DNA of 64,000 nt from Candidatus Gastranaerophilales bacterium (GTDB lineage: Bacteria; Cyanobacteriota; Vampirovibrionia; Gastranaerophilales; Gastranaerophilaceae), in assembly GCA_944323285.1 (NCBI GenBank), contig CALURV010000024.1, positions 38,893 to 102,892 of the forward strand, in the 5' to 3' direction. Below are positions 47,783 through 59,016 of the stretch, piece by piece (position 1 is the stretch's first letter; every line of letters begins with the position of its first letter). Both the position numbers and the translations under genes were made by a program. The notes under the pieces are model-generated. The model was given only the letters and a program-made list of their open reading frames with translations, made no database searches and was not told the DNA's origin.

Positions 47783-50236
47783 CTATCTAAATATTATTGT
47801 AGGGAATTTTTTAACTAATCCAGATTTTATAGTATTTACTTCTTTTTCTATTATATCGTCTGTTAGTGTTGCTTCTTCATTTTGCAGGGTTATTCTATAG
47901 GCAAGACTCTTATAACCTTCCTGTATATGTTCTCCTTCATATATGTCAAATAAGTTTGAACCTTTAAATAATTTTGAATCAGCGCTCTTTTTAATTGCTA
48001 ACATTATTTGTTCATTTGTAATATCTTTCTCTATCGCAAATGAAATATCTCTTTGAACTTCAGGATATTGCGGTAATTGTTTATATTTTACAACTGAAGA
48101 AGTTACTGCTTTTATTAATTTACCAATATTAATTTCAAATAACAATATTTCTTGATTTATCTTTAATTTGTCTTTAATTATAGGATAGATTTCTCCGAAA
48201 AATCCTACAATTTCAGGATTTTTTCCTAACAGTATAACTTTTGCATCTCTACCAGGGTGTAAATATTCACAATCATCGGCAGGAACAAGCTTTATTCTGT
48301 TATTAATATTTAATGTTATAAATAAACTCTCTATAATACCTTTTAGTGTATAAAAGTCAACTTTGGGTAATTTTTTCCATAAATTTGAATTTGTTTCACC
48401 ACAAATAGCACCTGAAAGAATTTGATTTTCTTCAACTCCGCTATCTTTTTGTGTAGCTGATTCTTTTATAAAATAGGTTTTCCCTACTTCATATATCCAT
48501 ATATTTTTTTGTCCATTATCAAAATTTGATTTTATTACATTTAAGATATTTGCTATTGTTGTTTGCCTTAGCATAGTATGTTCATCTGATTGAGGATTTT
48601 GTACATATACGGCTTTTTCTTTTTCATATGAAAGTCCAAATTGATTTAATAATGGTTCCCCTATTAAGGATGATGTTACAGCTTCATTAAACCCATAACC
48701 GATAAATAGCGAATTAATATCATTTAAAAGCTTTGTTTCTATTGATACTTCAGGTGATTTTGTTTTATTCGGAAGTGTTGGTTCTATTTTGTCATATCCA
48801 TATATTCTTGCTATTTCTTCTATTAAATCAACTTCTTGCATTACGTCATTAACTCTATAGCTTGGAACCTTAAATTTTGCTGCAGAATCATTTTTACCTA
48901 TTAATTCAAATCCAAGATTTTTAAGAATTTCTATGCATTTTTCTTTTTCTATTTGTGTTCCAAGCATTCTTTTAATTTGACTAAATCTTAAAGTAATATG
49001 TGTTTCTTCAAGCTTATTTGAACCTGTTTCTGCGATACCGTCAATTTTAGCATTTGCGTATTCAGCTAGTAATTGCATAGCTCTTAACAATGCAGGTTTT
49101 GTTGCTTCAATATCTACGCCTCTTTCAAATCTTGCGCAAGCTTCACTTCTATAACCTATACTTCTTGAATTCTTTCTGTTTGTTGATGGGGTAAAATAAG
49201 CAGATTCTAATACAATATTTTTTGTATTTTCATCAATTCCAGAATTTTCTGCACCAAATACACCTGCTACGCATACACCTTTTTCTTTTGTTGCACATAA
49301 TATTGAATCATTATTCAATTTTCTTTCAACCCCATCAAGTGTAACTATTGTTTCGTTTTCATTTGCTCTTCTGACACATATATATCCATTTAATTTATCC
49401 ATATCAAAAGCGTGTAGTGGTTGACCATATTCAAGCAACACATAGTTTGTTATATCAACAACATTATTTATTGCTCTTATCCCCGAAACTTCCAGTCTTC
49501 TTTTCATCCACTCCGGTGATGGTTTTATTACAACATTTTTAATTAAGCCTGCTGCATAATATTTACAAGCATCATTTGCTATAATTTCAACTTTAAATTT
49601 ATCTGTTCTTAAATCATTTATTGATTCTATTTCAGAAAACTTTAATTTTCTATTGAATAGTGAGGATATTTCTCTTGCAACACCAAGTACCGACATCTCA
49701 TCACCACGATTGGCTGTGGGCGCTACATCTATTATTATATCTTCTTTTATATTTAGTACTTTTTCAAGTGGTTCACCTATTCTTATATTATTGTATATTC
49801 TGTTTAATATTAAAATACCGTCTTCATTTTGCATTCCTTCAAGACCTAATTCATCTTGTGAACATAGCATTCCTTCTGATGATACTCCTCTTATTACTGC
49901 AGGGGTAAGTTCAAATTGCTCGCCTGTTTTTCTTGAAAAGACCTTTGAACCAACTGAAGCATATGGAATAATTTGACCTACTTCTATATTTTGTGCTCCG
50001 CATACTACTGTCTTTATTTTATCCCCAAGATTAACATCTACTAAATGTAACTTATCTGCATTTGGGTGTTGTCTTATTTCTTTTATTTCTGCTGTAATTA
50101 TATTTGTAAATTTTGCACCAGACTTTTCTATTTCTTCTACTTCTAATCCGCTCATTGTTAGCGCATGTACTATTTCTTCAGTGCTTATATCACTTATATC
50201 TACAAGTTCACTTAACCACTCTAATGATATCTTCAT
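47783..50236 (-). CDS. pheT: phenylalanine--tRNA ligase beta subunit
   Basis: MKISLEWLSELVDI start, tRNA-binding, B3/4, B5 and FDX-ACB domains; 817 aa. No pheS is adjacent. Confidence 0.95.
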   Translation of the reverse strand: MKISLEWLSELVDISDISTEEIVHALTMSGLEVEEIEKSGAKFTNIITAEIKEIRQHPNADKLHLVDVNLGDKIKTVVCGAQNIEVGQIIPYASVGSKVFSRKTGEQFELTPAVIRGVSSEGMLCSQDELGLEGMQNEDGILILNRIYNNIRIGEPLEKVLNIKEDIIIDVAPTANRGDEMSVLGVAREISSLFNRKLKFSEIESINDLRTDKFKVEIIANDACKYYAAGLIKNVVIKPSPEWMKRRLEVSGIRAINNVVDITNYVLLEYGQPLHAFDMDKLNGYICVRRANENETIVTLDGVERKLNNDSILCATKEKGVCVAGVFGAENSGIDENTKNIVLESAYFTPSTNRKNSRSIGYRSEACARFERGVDIEATKPALLRAMQLLAEYANAKIDGIAETGSNKLEETHITLRFSQIKRMLGTQIEKEKCIEILKNLGFELIGKNDSAAKFKVPSYRVNDVMQEVDLIEEIARIYGYDKIEPTLPNKTKSPEVSIETKLLNDINSLFIGYGFNEAVTSSLIGEPLLNQFGLSYEKEKAVYVQNPQSDEHTMLRQTTIANILNVIKSNFDNGQKNIWIYEVGKTYFIKESATQKDSGVEENQILSGAICGETNSNLWKKLPKVDFYTLKGIIESLFITLNINNRIKLVPADDCEYLHPGRDAKVILLGKNPEIVGFFGEIYPIIKDKLKINQEILLFEINIGKLIKAVTSSVVKYKQLPQYPEVQRDISFAIEKDITNEQIMLAIKKSADSKLFKGSNLFDIYEGEHIQEGYKSLAYRITLQNEEATLTDDIIEKEVNTIKSGLVKKFPTIIFR

Positions 50237-50359
50237 TTTATTATCCTCTTTTTCTATATATTTATTCTATTATAAAGAAATTTTTATGTCATGGAGCTAT
50301 ATTTTAGTTAATATTTTTTATATTTTTGCCAAATATATCTATTTCGTTAGAATAGTTAT

Positions 50360-52336
50360 ATGAATAAAATTTTTACACCAAAATTAACTATAATTTTAGT
50401 TTTTATTTGTATTATTATCTCCACTTATTTTATTTCAATAAATTTTTGTGATAATAAGGTTACTGATTTGTTTACAAGAACTTATGTTCATTTATTTAAT
50501 AAAAAAGCATCAGAAAATATTGTTTTAGTTGTTATTGATAATAAATCTTTAGATAAAATTAAATGGCCGTGGAGTCGTGATATTATATCAGATATTTTTG
50601 ATTATCTTGAATTTATTTGTGGTGCTAAAGTAATTGTTTTTCATAATCTTGTTGTTTTTCCTGATACTTATAATCCAAAAAGTGATGCTTATTTTTATAA
50701 AAATTTATCTTTACATAATAAGTTAATTAATAGTTATATTTTATTAAATTCCAACTTAACAGGTGATGTTCTTCCTCCAGAATTTCTTGAGCAATTTGCT
50801 GAAAAGTCAAATATTAATATTATTGATAAAAGAATTAATAAAAATATTTCTGCATATAAGGGGGTTATTAAATTACCTAAAGATTTTCTTAAAAATGTAA
50901 AAATCCTTGGCTCCTCAATTATTCAAGAAGATAAAGATGAAAATGTCCGAAATTATATGCCAGTTGTTCAATTAAACGATAAATTATTGCCTTCTATAGC
51001 ACTTAGTGCTTATTCTTTATATAGTGATATTTATTCATTTACTCTTAATGATGACTTTTTATGTTCATATGATGATTGCAAATCTTTAAAAATACCAATT
51101 TTTACAAGAAAAGGACGTGATTATATTGGGAATAGTGTTTTTGGAATACTTTCTCATATAAATTGGTATAAACCTATAAGTGATTATTATACACATAATA
51201 CATATTCTGCTATTGATGTAATTGACTCTTATAATGCATATAAAAATGGAATAATTCCAAAGCTTTCAAGTAAAAATTTTAAAGATAAAATTGTAGTCAT
51301 TGGTTTAAATGCAGATAAAAATGTTTGGGAGCAACTTAGTGAAACGCCTGTTTTAAAAAAACATGCTGATATTGATGTTCATGCGACTGTTATTGATAAT
51401 ATGATTAATAATAGTTTTCTTTCAACAATAAAAGATGATTTTACACTATTAATTACTTTTATTTTTTCTATTTTAGTAATTTGGGGATTTAAAAATTTCA
51501 AATATAATTTATTATTTACAACAATGCTTTCTTTAATATACTTTTCATATTTTGTTTTTCAGTATAATTCTAATATATTAATACCTCCTTTTACTCCAAT
51601 AGTTACGTTATATGTATGTGCTTTCTTAAAAAAGATATACTCTTTAATTACTACTGATAAAACAACTGAAATGATTAAACACGCTATGGGTAAATATATA
51701 TCAAAAGATGTAATGAAAAAGGTATTATTAAATTTAGATAAATTAAAATTAGGCGGAACAAGGACTGTTGTTACTATTTTGTTTGTTGATATACGAAATT
51801 TTACAAAAATATCAGAAGAATTGAGTCCACAAGATGTTACATCAATATTAAATGAATATTTTTCAACAATAGAACCTATTATTGCAAAATATCACGGTAT
51901 CGTTAATAAATATATGGGAGATGGTGTTCTCGCCATCTTCGGTGAACCAATTAAATGTCAATCTCATGCTTTAAATGCAATTTCTTGTGGTGTAGAAATT
52001 ATTAAAAATGTTAAAATTCTTAGAGAAAAACTTATTAAAGACGGTAAGCCTAAAATTGAAATAGGTATTGGTATAAATACTGGAGAAGTTTTTGCCGGTA
52101 ATATTGGAACTGAAGAAAGATTTGAGTATACGATAATTGGTGATAATGTTAATCTTGCATATAGAATTGAAGCTTATAATCAAATTCTAAAAACACAATT
52201 TTTAATTAGTGAGTATACTTATGAATTTGTTAAAAATTATGTTGATGTTGTAAAATTAACGCATGTAACAATCAAAGGTAAATCAAAGCCTATTAATATA
52301 TATGAAGTACTTAATATAAAAAATAAAAATGATTGA
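50360..52336 (+). CDS. CHASE2-sensor class III adenylate/guanylate cyclase
   Basis: The N-terminal extracytoplasmic CHASE2-like region (VVIDNKSLDKIKWPWSR) is followed by TM helices. The cyclase domain has FVDIRNFT, KYMGDGVLAIFG and GINTGEVFAGNIG motifs. Confidence 0.85.
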   Translation: MNKIFTPKLTIILVFICIIISTYFISINFCDNKVTDLFTRTYVHLFNKKASENIVLVVIDNKSLDKIKWPWSRDIISDIFDYLEFICGAKVIVFHNLVVFPDTYNPKSDAYFYKNLSLHNKLINSYILLNSNLTGDVLPPEFLEQFAEKSNINIIDKRINKNISAYKGVIKLPKDFLKNVKILGSSIIQEDKDENVRNYMPVVQLNDKLLPSIALSAYSLYSDIYSFTLNDDFLCSYDDCKSLKIPIFTRKGRDYIGNSVFGILSHINWYKPISDYYTHNTYSAIDVIDSYNAYKNGIIPKLSSKNFKDKIVVIGLNADKNVWEQLSETPVLKKHADIDVHATVIDNMINNSFLSTIKDDFTLLITFIFSILVIWGFKNFKYNLLFTTMLSLIYFSYFVFQYNSNILIPPFTPIVTLYVCAFLKKIYSLITTDKTTEMIKHAMGKYISKDVMKKVLLNLDKLKLGGTRTVVTILFVDIRNFTKISEELSPQDVTSILNEYFSTIEPIIAKYHGIVNKYMGDGVLAIFGEPIKCQSHALNAISCGVEIIKNVKILREKLIKDGKPKIEIGIGINTGEVFAGNIGTEERFEYTIIGDNVNLAYRIEAYNQILKTQFLISEYTYEFVKNYVDVVKLTHVTIKGKSKPINIYEVLNIKNKND

Positions 52337-54740
52337 TAGTTATATTAATAATATTGACATAGAGCAAATAAAAAGAGCGATTTGTGTTGAAGAAAAATAC
52401 AATTATATTGATATTATGGGTCGTGAAACTTCTTTTTCGGGATTTATATTAAAACAGCTAAAACTGATTTATAAATTTTCTTCGAAAAATCCCAAATGGT
52501 TGCCTATTATTGAGGCCTTTGAACATTATCCACAAGAAAATATTTTGCAAAGAAAAAAAACTATTTCCAGGTTTATTACTCTTTTAAAAAAAGATTCATC
52601 AAATTGTTATGAAGCTCAAATTTCAAATAATGATGTAAATAATTCTGATATATATTCTATGGATGTTATACATCTAAGAGGTATTGGTCCTAAATTTGGT
52701 TATTTACTAAATAAAATAGGTATTTTTTCTGTTTTTGACTTAATAAGTTATTATCCTAAAAAGTATATTGATTATTCAAAAAGAGTTTTAATAAAAAATT
52801 TAAAAATTGGTCAAAATGTAACAATATATGGACAAATTTCAGCTTTAAAAACATTTACTACTAAAAATAATTTAACTATTATTAAAGTTACAATAAAAGA
52901 TGAATCTTCTTTTTTTAATTTGAATTTCTTTTATTCCAAAATTAATAGATATTCTATCGAAAGATATAAATCGCAATTTCCGTTGTATTCAAATATCATG
53001 GTGTCTGGTTGTGTAAAATATGATAATTATTCAAATGAACTTACAATAGACAAACCACAATTTCAAATTGTAGGAGAAAGTACAATTCTTGATGAAAATT
53101 TAAATTTAGGTCGAATAGTTCCAGTATATCCGGTTACTGAAAATTTAAATATTAAAGCATTAAGAAAGGCTATTAATAATGCACTTATTGAATATAGACC
53201 TATAATTAAAAATCTTATTCCTGAAGAAATAAGAAAAAAATATAATATGCTGGATAGAAATAAAGCGCTTAGTATTATTCATTTCCCCAAAAATATGAAA
53301 GAGCTCGAAAATGCCAGATTTACCTTGGTTTATGAAGAATTATTCCTATTGCAATTAAAGTTATTTCTTATTAAGGAAAAAAATACAAAAGCATATAAAA
53401 CTGTTGCCTTAAATATTCATGATGATGGTTTAGTAAATAAATTCATAAAGTCTTTACCTTTTGAGTTAACTGATGCACAAAAAAGAGTAATAAATGAAAT
53501 ATTAAATGATATTAATTCTGAAAAACCAATGCAAAGACTTCTTCAAGGAGATGTTGGAAGTGGAAAAACAGTTGTTGCTTGCATTATGCTTCTTGCTGCA
53601 ATAGAAAACGGCTTTCAGACTGCTATAATGGCGCCAACTGAAATACTTGCACAGCAACATTTTAATAATTTTATTAAATGGCTTACTCCATTTGGTATAA
53701 ATATTGCTTTGTTTACTTCTTCTAATACAAAAAAACAAAAGGATAAACTTGCAAAAGATTTAAGAAATGGACAAATAAATATTGCTGTTGGAACTCACGC
53801 TCTTATACAGGATAATATTGAATTTAATAATCTTGGTGCAGTTGTAATAGATGAACAACATAGATTTGGCGTTAAACAGAGAAATATTTTAAAATCAAAA
53901 GCAGCAATTCCCCAAATGCTTACTATGACTGCTACTCCTATTCCAAGAACATTGGCGCTTACTGTTCATGGAGACTTGGATTTATCTGTTATTGATGAAC
54001 TTCCAAAAGGTCGAAAACCAATCAAAACAGCTTTATTATCTGCTATCCAAAGAAAAAAAGCATTAATTTTGATAAAGGAACAAGTTAAGCTTGGACATCA
54101 AGCTTATATAGTTTTTCCTTTAATAGATGAGTCAGAAACATTATCAGCAAAAGCTGCAACTAAAGAGGCGGAAAACTTGAAAAATGGTTATTTCTCTGAC
54201 TTAAGAGTTGGTCTATTACACGGAAAAATGAAAACTGACGAAAAAGATAAAGTTATGTCTGATTTTAAAAATAAAAAATATGATGTGCTTGTTTCAACCA
54301 CTGTTGTTGAAGTCGGTGTTGATGTTCCTAATGCTACTGTTATTGTAATTGAAAATGCAGAAAGATTTGGTTTATCTCAGCTTCATCAATTAAGAGGCAG
54401 AGTTGGAAGAGGGGCTGATCAATCTTATTGCGTTCTTATATCCTCATCCAGAAGCGATGAAGTCCTAAATAGACTTAATGTTCTTGTTCAAACTAATGAT
54501 GGTTTTATTATTGCTGAAAAAGATTTAGAAATTAGAGGTCCTGGAGAATTCTTAGGTGTTAGACAAAGCGGCATTGTAGAATTGCATTTAGCTGATTTAT
54601 CAAAAGACTTATATATACTTGAAATGGCCAGAAGTGATGTCAAACATTTGATTGATAATAAAATTGAGTTTGATGATTCCTTGAAAAATTATATCAATTC
54701 AAATTTGTTAGCATTAGTTGATTTCAAACTATCTGATTAA
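52329..54740 (+). CDS. recG: ATP-dependent DNA helicase RecG
   Basis: Wedge/OB N-domain, GDVGSGKT, DEQHRFG, TATPIPRT, QLHQLRGRVGRG; 803 aa. Confidence 0.95.
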   Translation: MIDSYINNIDIEQIKRAICVEEKYNYIDIMGRETSFSGFILKQLKLIYKFSSKNPKWLPIIEAFEHYPQENILQRKKTISRFITLLKKDSSNCYEAQISNNDVNNSDIYSMDVIHLRGIGPKFGYLLNKIGIFSVFDLISYYPKKYIDYSKRVLIKNLKIGQNVTIYGQISALKTFTTKNNLTIIKVTIKDESSFFNLNFFYSKINRYSIERYKSQFPLYSNIMVSGCVKYDNYSNELTIDKPQFQIVGESTILDENLNLGRIVPVYPVTENLNIKALRKAINNALIEYRPIIKNLIPEEIRKKYNMLDRNKALSIIHFPKNMKELENARFTLVYEELFLLQLKLFLIKEKNTKAYKTVALNIHDDGLVNKFIKSLPFELTDAQKRVINEILNDINSEKPMQRLLQGDVGSGKTVVACIMLLAAIENGFQTAIMAPTEILAQQHFNNFIKWLTPFGINIALFTSSNTKKQKDKLAKDLRNGQINIAVGTHALIQDNIEFNNLGAVVIDEQHRFGVKQRNILKSKAAIPQMLTMTATPIPRTLALTVHGDLDLSVIDELPKGRKPIKTALLSAIQRKKALILIKEQVKLGHQAYIVFPLIDESETLSAKAATKEAENLKNGYFSDLRVGLLHGKMKTDEKDKVMSDFKNKKYDVLVSTTVVEVGVDVPNATVIVIENAERFGLSQLHQLRGRVGRGADQSYCVLISSSRSDEVLNRLNVLVQTNDGFIIAEKDLEIRGPGEFLGVRQSGIVELHLADLSKDLYILEMARSDVKHLIDNKIEFDDSLKNYINSNLLALVDFKLSD

Positions 54741-56428
54741 TCTTTTATTTTTACGTATACAACTAAAGTCCAATCTCCGGCATGAGTTATTGAATCAATT
54801 TTATAATTATCTTTGAAAGATGCCATTAACGAATTTTTAATTGTTGAAAATACTAAAAATATAAAAGGAGTTCTGTTATATAAATTTTTATCTTCTAAAA
54901 TTTTTTGAATATTCTCATTTGAGAAAAAAGATACATTATTTAAATATATTATTCCTATTCTATCTCCTATTTTCATTTCGTTTTGAAAATTATTTTTTGA
55001 ATAAGAAATAATATTTTTATTTGGATATTCTTTAAATTTATCTCTATATATTATTGAACCGTAGTTAATAACTTTTTTATAATCCGGCTCATTATATAAG
55101 AAATAATTAAAGTTAAACTTATTAATTGAATAAAAATTGTAATTATCATTATTAGTCAAATATCTTTCAAATTTATCTTTATCATAATATGTTAATACAA
55201 CAAAATCGTCTTGCTTAAGTCTTGAATTTCTAAGTAATTCAACAACACACCTGTGTCCTTCAGGGCGAGTTCTTTTTGGTGCGGAATCAATTGCAGCAAA
55301 TATGTAAAATAAATTTAAAATTAAATAAGAAGAAATAAGTATTAATCTTATTTTTTTATTTTTCAGTTTATATAATCCATAACACATTAATAAAATTAAT
55401 GCAGGATACATTTCTGTAGAATATTTTGTTATTAAAACCATTCTGCCAGTATATGATATTAGTATTAGATAAATGAAAAAAATTGATATTATAATTAACA
55501 AATAATGTATGATTTTGTTTTTTGATTTTATACCATTGAAGATGCCAATAAATGCTAATAATGTTGGTAAAATGCCAAAAAGTATGAAAATATAGTTTAT
55601 TTCTCCATTTTGATATAGAAAAAAATTAATAGCATCTGGGGTATTAAGAATATTTGATTGTATTGGTGAAAAATAATCTGTAAATGTTAATAAAATTTTA
55701 GCTGTACTGAAATTAGTCCAAAATTGTGATAATGAATTATATGTAAGTATATTGTATAAAAATGGTGAAATTATTATAAATATTAATATTATAGGAAATA
55801 ATAAATAAATTAATAAATTATAAATAGTACTTTTTTTTGCAGTATTATCCAATCTATTTATTAGGTAATAAATTGTTATTGTTAACAGTATAAATACATA
55901 TATAATTCCTAAAGTGTGTATTAAAATAATAAGAGTATTAAAAATAAAAAATAAGAATAAATCTTTTTTCTTAGGATTTCTCAGAACTTTAATTGTAAAT
56001 AAAAGCGATATAGAGGTTAAAAAAAACAATAAACTATAGGGTCTTAGTTCTTGTGCAAAGTATATTGAAAAAGAACTTATTGCAGTAGTGAAAGCACATA
56101 AAAACCCTAATTTATAATTTTTAATTTCTTTTCCAACTAAATACATTATTGGAATAGAAAATATAGATGGAATAACGGAAGAATATCTAAGTGCAGTATC
56201 AGAATTATTGAAAAAAAATATCCAAAATTTTAAATATAAAAAATATAATGGAGTATGACAATTTTTTACTATATTTTGGAAAAACAACCATAAATTGTCT
56301 TGTGCAGCTATTTGCCAGCCTAAATACTCGTCATACCAGAAACCTTCAGGTTTATCTATATACCATATTCTAAGTAAAAAACCAAATACTATAATTAAAA
56401 TTAATTTAAACGTATTATTATTTTTCAT
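54737..56428 (-). CDS. GT39/ArnT-like polytopic glycosyltransferase (PMT_2-type)
   Basis: More than 10 TM helices. The first loop reads GFWYDEY (acidic motif as in ArnT/PMT). Has a C-terminal soluble domain and sits divergent from a GT2 gene. Confidence 0.6.
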   Translation of the reverse strand: MKNNNTFKLILIIVFGFLLRIWYIDKPEGFWYDEYLGWQIAAQDNLWLFFQNIVKNCHTPLYFLYLKFWIFFFNNSDTALRYSSVIPSIFSIPIMYLVGKEIKNYKLGFLCAFTTAISSFSIYFAQELRPYSLLFFLTSISLLFTIKVLRNPKKKDLFLFFIFNTLIILIHTLGIIYVFILLTITIYYLINRLDNTAKKSTIYNLLIYLLFPIILIFIIISPFLYNILTYNSLSQFWTNFSTAKILLTFTDYFSPIQSNILNTPDAINFFLYQNGEINYIFILFGILPTLLAFIGIFNGIKSKNKIIHYLLIIISIFFIYLILISYTGRMVLITKYSTEMYPALILLMCYGLYKLKNKKIRLILISSYLILNLFYIFAAIDSAPKRTRPEGHRCVVELLRNSRLKQDDFVVLTYYDKDKFERYLTNNDNYNFYSINKFNFNYFLYNEPDYKKVINYGSIIYRDKFKEYPNKNIISYSKNNFQNEMKIGDRIGIIYLNNVSFFSNENIQKILEDKNLYNRTPFIFLVFSTIKNSLMASFKDNYKIDSITHAGDWTLVVYVKIKD

Positions 56429-56491
56429 GATGATTGTTATAAAATTTATAATGTAATATAATAAATTTTAACATATTTAAGAATAATTAGT

Positions 56492-57430
56492 ATGAAATTA
56501 ATAATTCAAATACCTTGTTATAATGAAGAAATTGCACTTCCTGTTACATTGTCAAAACTTCCAACTCAAATAGAAGGAATAGATGAAATAGAAGTACTTG
56601 TATCAGATGATGGTAGTACCGATAGAACAATTGAAATAGCAAAAGAGTACGGTGTAAATCACATTGTAACAACAACACATCATAGAGGTTTGGCTAGAAC
56701 ATTTACAGCAGGAATTCAAAGAGCATTAGCAGAAGGGGCTGATATAATTGTAAATACAGATGCAGATAATCAGTACAATGCTGATGATATAGAAAAATTA
56801 GTTAGACCTATAATACAAAAGAAAGCTGATATAGTTATTGGAGCAAGACCTATCACACAAATAAAAACTTTTTCACCATTAAAAAAGTTTTTACAATTTT
56901 TTGGTTCTAAAGTTGTAAGATTATTAAGTTCAACAGCAACTGAAGATGCTCCAAGCGGGTTTAGGGCTTTTTCAAAAGATGCTGCTTTATCTATTAATGT
57001 TTTTGATAATTATACATATACAATTGAAACTGTAATTCAGTCAAAAACAAAAGGATTGCATATTATTTCTGTTCCAATTAGAGTTAATGATTCATATCGA
57101 AAATCAAGACTTGTAAAAAATATATTTCAGTATATTCAAAAAAATTCATTTACAATTTTGAGAATGTTTATTATATATAGACCATTTAGATTTTTTGCTA
57201 TAATAGGAGGTAGCATTTTTCTAATAGGGATTTCTTTATTGGCCAGGTTTATTTTTTTATATATTTTAGATGATGGTAATGGTCATATTCAATCATTAAT
57301 TATATCTTCGATGCTTGTTATTACTGGATTTCAAACATTCCTTTTTGGAATATTAGCAGATTTATTGGCTATTAACAGAAAACTTATTGAAGATGTTCAA
57401 GTAAGAACAAAAAAACTTGAAAATAAATAG
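56492..57430 (+). CDS. GT2-family polyprenyl-phosphate glycosyltransferase (ArnC/GtrB/DPM1-like)
   Basis: IIQIPCYNEE, SDDGSTD and NTDADNQ (DxD) motifs, with two C-terminal TM helices. Confidence 0.85.
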   Translation: MKLIIQIPCYNEEIALPVTLSKLPTQIEGIDEIEVLVSDDGSTDRTIEIAKEYGVNHIVTTTHHRGLARTFTAGIQRALAEGADIIVNTDADNQYNADDIEKLVRPIIQKKADIVIGARPITQIKTFSPLKKFLQFFGSKVVRLLSSTATEDAPSGFRAFSKDAALSINVFDNYTYTIETVIQSKTKGLHIISVPIRVNDSYRKSRLVKNIFQYIQKNSFTILRMFIIYRPFRFFAIIGGSIFLIGISLLARFIFLYILDDGNGHIQSLIISSMLVITGFQTFLFGILADLLAINRKLIEDVQVRTKKLENK

Positions 57431-57489
57431 CCTATACAAATATCTAGTAGACTAACTGAATTAATATAAATTTAAAACATAATTTTCAT

Positions 57490-58968
57490 ATGAGAATTAT
57501 ATTTTTATTTGTAATTTTATTTTTTTTTATAATGCCTGTATATGCTGATATAACAGATTATATTGATGATTATCTAAACTCATATCAAAGTGAATCATAT
57601 AAAAAATTTTCAGAAGTTGTAAAAGGAAATGCAACCATATCGGATATTGAAAAACGACTTCTGATAGATAGAGAAATATCAGAAGAACTCGGGTCAAATT
57701 TTATATATTTAGACTTAGATAATTGTATAAAAACCGCATTAGGCGAAAATTTTGATATAAAAATAAGAAAAGAAAATAAAAACGAGGCATATTGGTTAAA
57801 TAAAAATGCCCAATTCAGTTTATTACCAGATGTTTATTATAACTTTGATATAAGGTATTTAACAGGAGAATATTTAGTCGGAGGAATAGTTGCAACAAGC
57901 GCTCATGAAGTTCCAATACAAAGTTTGGCCGTGTTGGAATGGTCAACTATAAATCAAGGTAAATATTTTTTTCAAAATTCAATTACAAGAAATGCCTTAA
58001 AATCACAAAAAGCACAACTTGAATATACAAGAGAAGAAACAATTTTGAAGACAGTACTTGCTTATTATGATACATTGCAAAAAAAAATGGAAATAGAAGT
58101 ACAGAAAGTAAATTTATTTGATAGAATTGAACAGCTTAAATATACAAAAGCACGTTTTGATAGTGGTTTAGGTACTTTATATGATGTAAAAAGAGCACAA
58201 GCTGAACTTGCAGGTGCTCAACAAGATTATACTACTACATTAAATACTTTAAGGTTAAGTCAAGCTGCACTTGCCAATATTATGGGGGTTGATATTTTAG
58301 ATGCTATTTATCCTTTTGAAATATCTGTTGATAAAAGGGTTCTAGTAAACCCATCTTTTGATATTGAAACGTTATATAATCAAGCGTTAAAATCAAGAGA
58401 AGATATTCGTTCTAAAAAGTCTGAAGTCGCAATGTATAGAGCTATGAGAAATATGAATTATACTGATATTATTCCAGAAGTTACATTCTCATATCAAAAT
58501 GGACTTGTTGGAACAAGAAGAATAGGATTGTCATCACATAACAGCGTTACTTTAGATGTAAGAGCTCATTTGGGTAAAAATATGTTATTAGGTACTATTA
58601 CACAAATGAAGGCTGATACTGCGGTTCTTAGAGCAAAAAAACTTGAACTGATTAATTTAGAAAGAACTGTGAAAGAAAACATACTTAATGCATATTATGA
58701 TTCTGAAAATGCTTTAAAAAAAATTGAAGCGGCAAAACATGAAACTGAGGCTGCCAATTTAAGTCTAGATTTATCTTTAGCAAATATGAAAGCCGGCGAA
58801 GCAACTTTTATTGATGTTATTGCTTCTCAAAACTTAAAAGTTCAATCAAATCTTAATTTAATTAATAATATGATTGAATATAATAAAGCTCAGACAAAGC
58901 TTCTGTTTGAAATTGGATTAATTAGTCCAGAAAGTGTTTTAAAAGATTATCAAAAAAAATTTTATTAA
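57490..58968 (+). CDS. TolC-family outer-membrane efflux protein
   Basis: Signal peptide and two OEP repeats with long coiled segments (YDVKRAQAELAGAQQDY...). Confidence 0.7.
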   Translation: MRIIFLFVILFFFIMPVYADITDYIDDYLNSYQSESYKKFSEVVKGNATISDIEKRLLIDREISEELGSNFIYLDLDNCIKTALGENFDIKIRKENKNEAYWLNKNAQFSLLPDVYYNFDIRYLTGEYLVGGIVATSAHEVPIQSLAVLEWSTINQGKYFFQNSITRNALKSQKAQLEYTREETILKTVLAYYDTLQKKMEIEVQKVNLFDRIEQLKYTKARFDSGLGTLYDVKRAQAELAGAQQDYTTTLNTLRLSQAALANIMGVDILDAIYPFEISVDKRVLVNPSFDIETLYNQALKSREDIRSKKSEVAMYRAMRNMNYTDIIPEVTFSYQNGLVGTRRIGLSSHNSVTLDVRAHLGKNMLLGTITQMKADTAVLRAKKLELINLERTVKENILNAYYDSENALKKIEAAKHETEAANLSLDLSLANMKAGEATFIDVIASQNLKVQSNLNLINNMIEYNKAQTKLLFEIGLISPESVLKDYQKKFY

Positions 58969-59016
58969 TGTATAATTAATTATCTTTTAGGGTATTTTAA
59001 TATCAGGAATAAGGAA

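Noticed and set aside
1335-49976. Many 60-160-aa ORFs in the supplied track lie antisense to, or nested inside, long genes. Examples are 1335-1580, 5193-5513, 11742-12283, 15293-15748, 17366-17773, 34845-35330, 37714-38075, 41163-41483 and 49653-49976.
   Set aside because: They fall entirely within confidently identified genes on the other strand or frame and have low-complexity Ile/Phe/Leu/Ser-rich translations. They have no SD or recognisable motifs, and are the expected shadow ORFs of AT-rich coding DNA.
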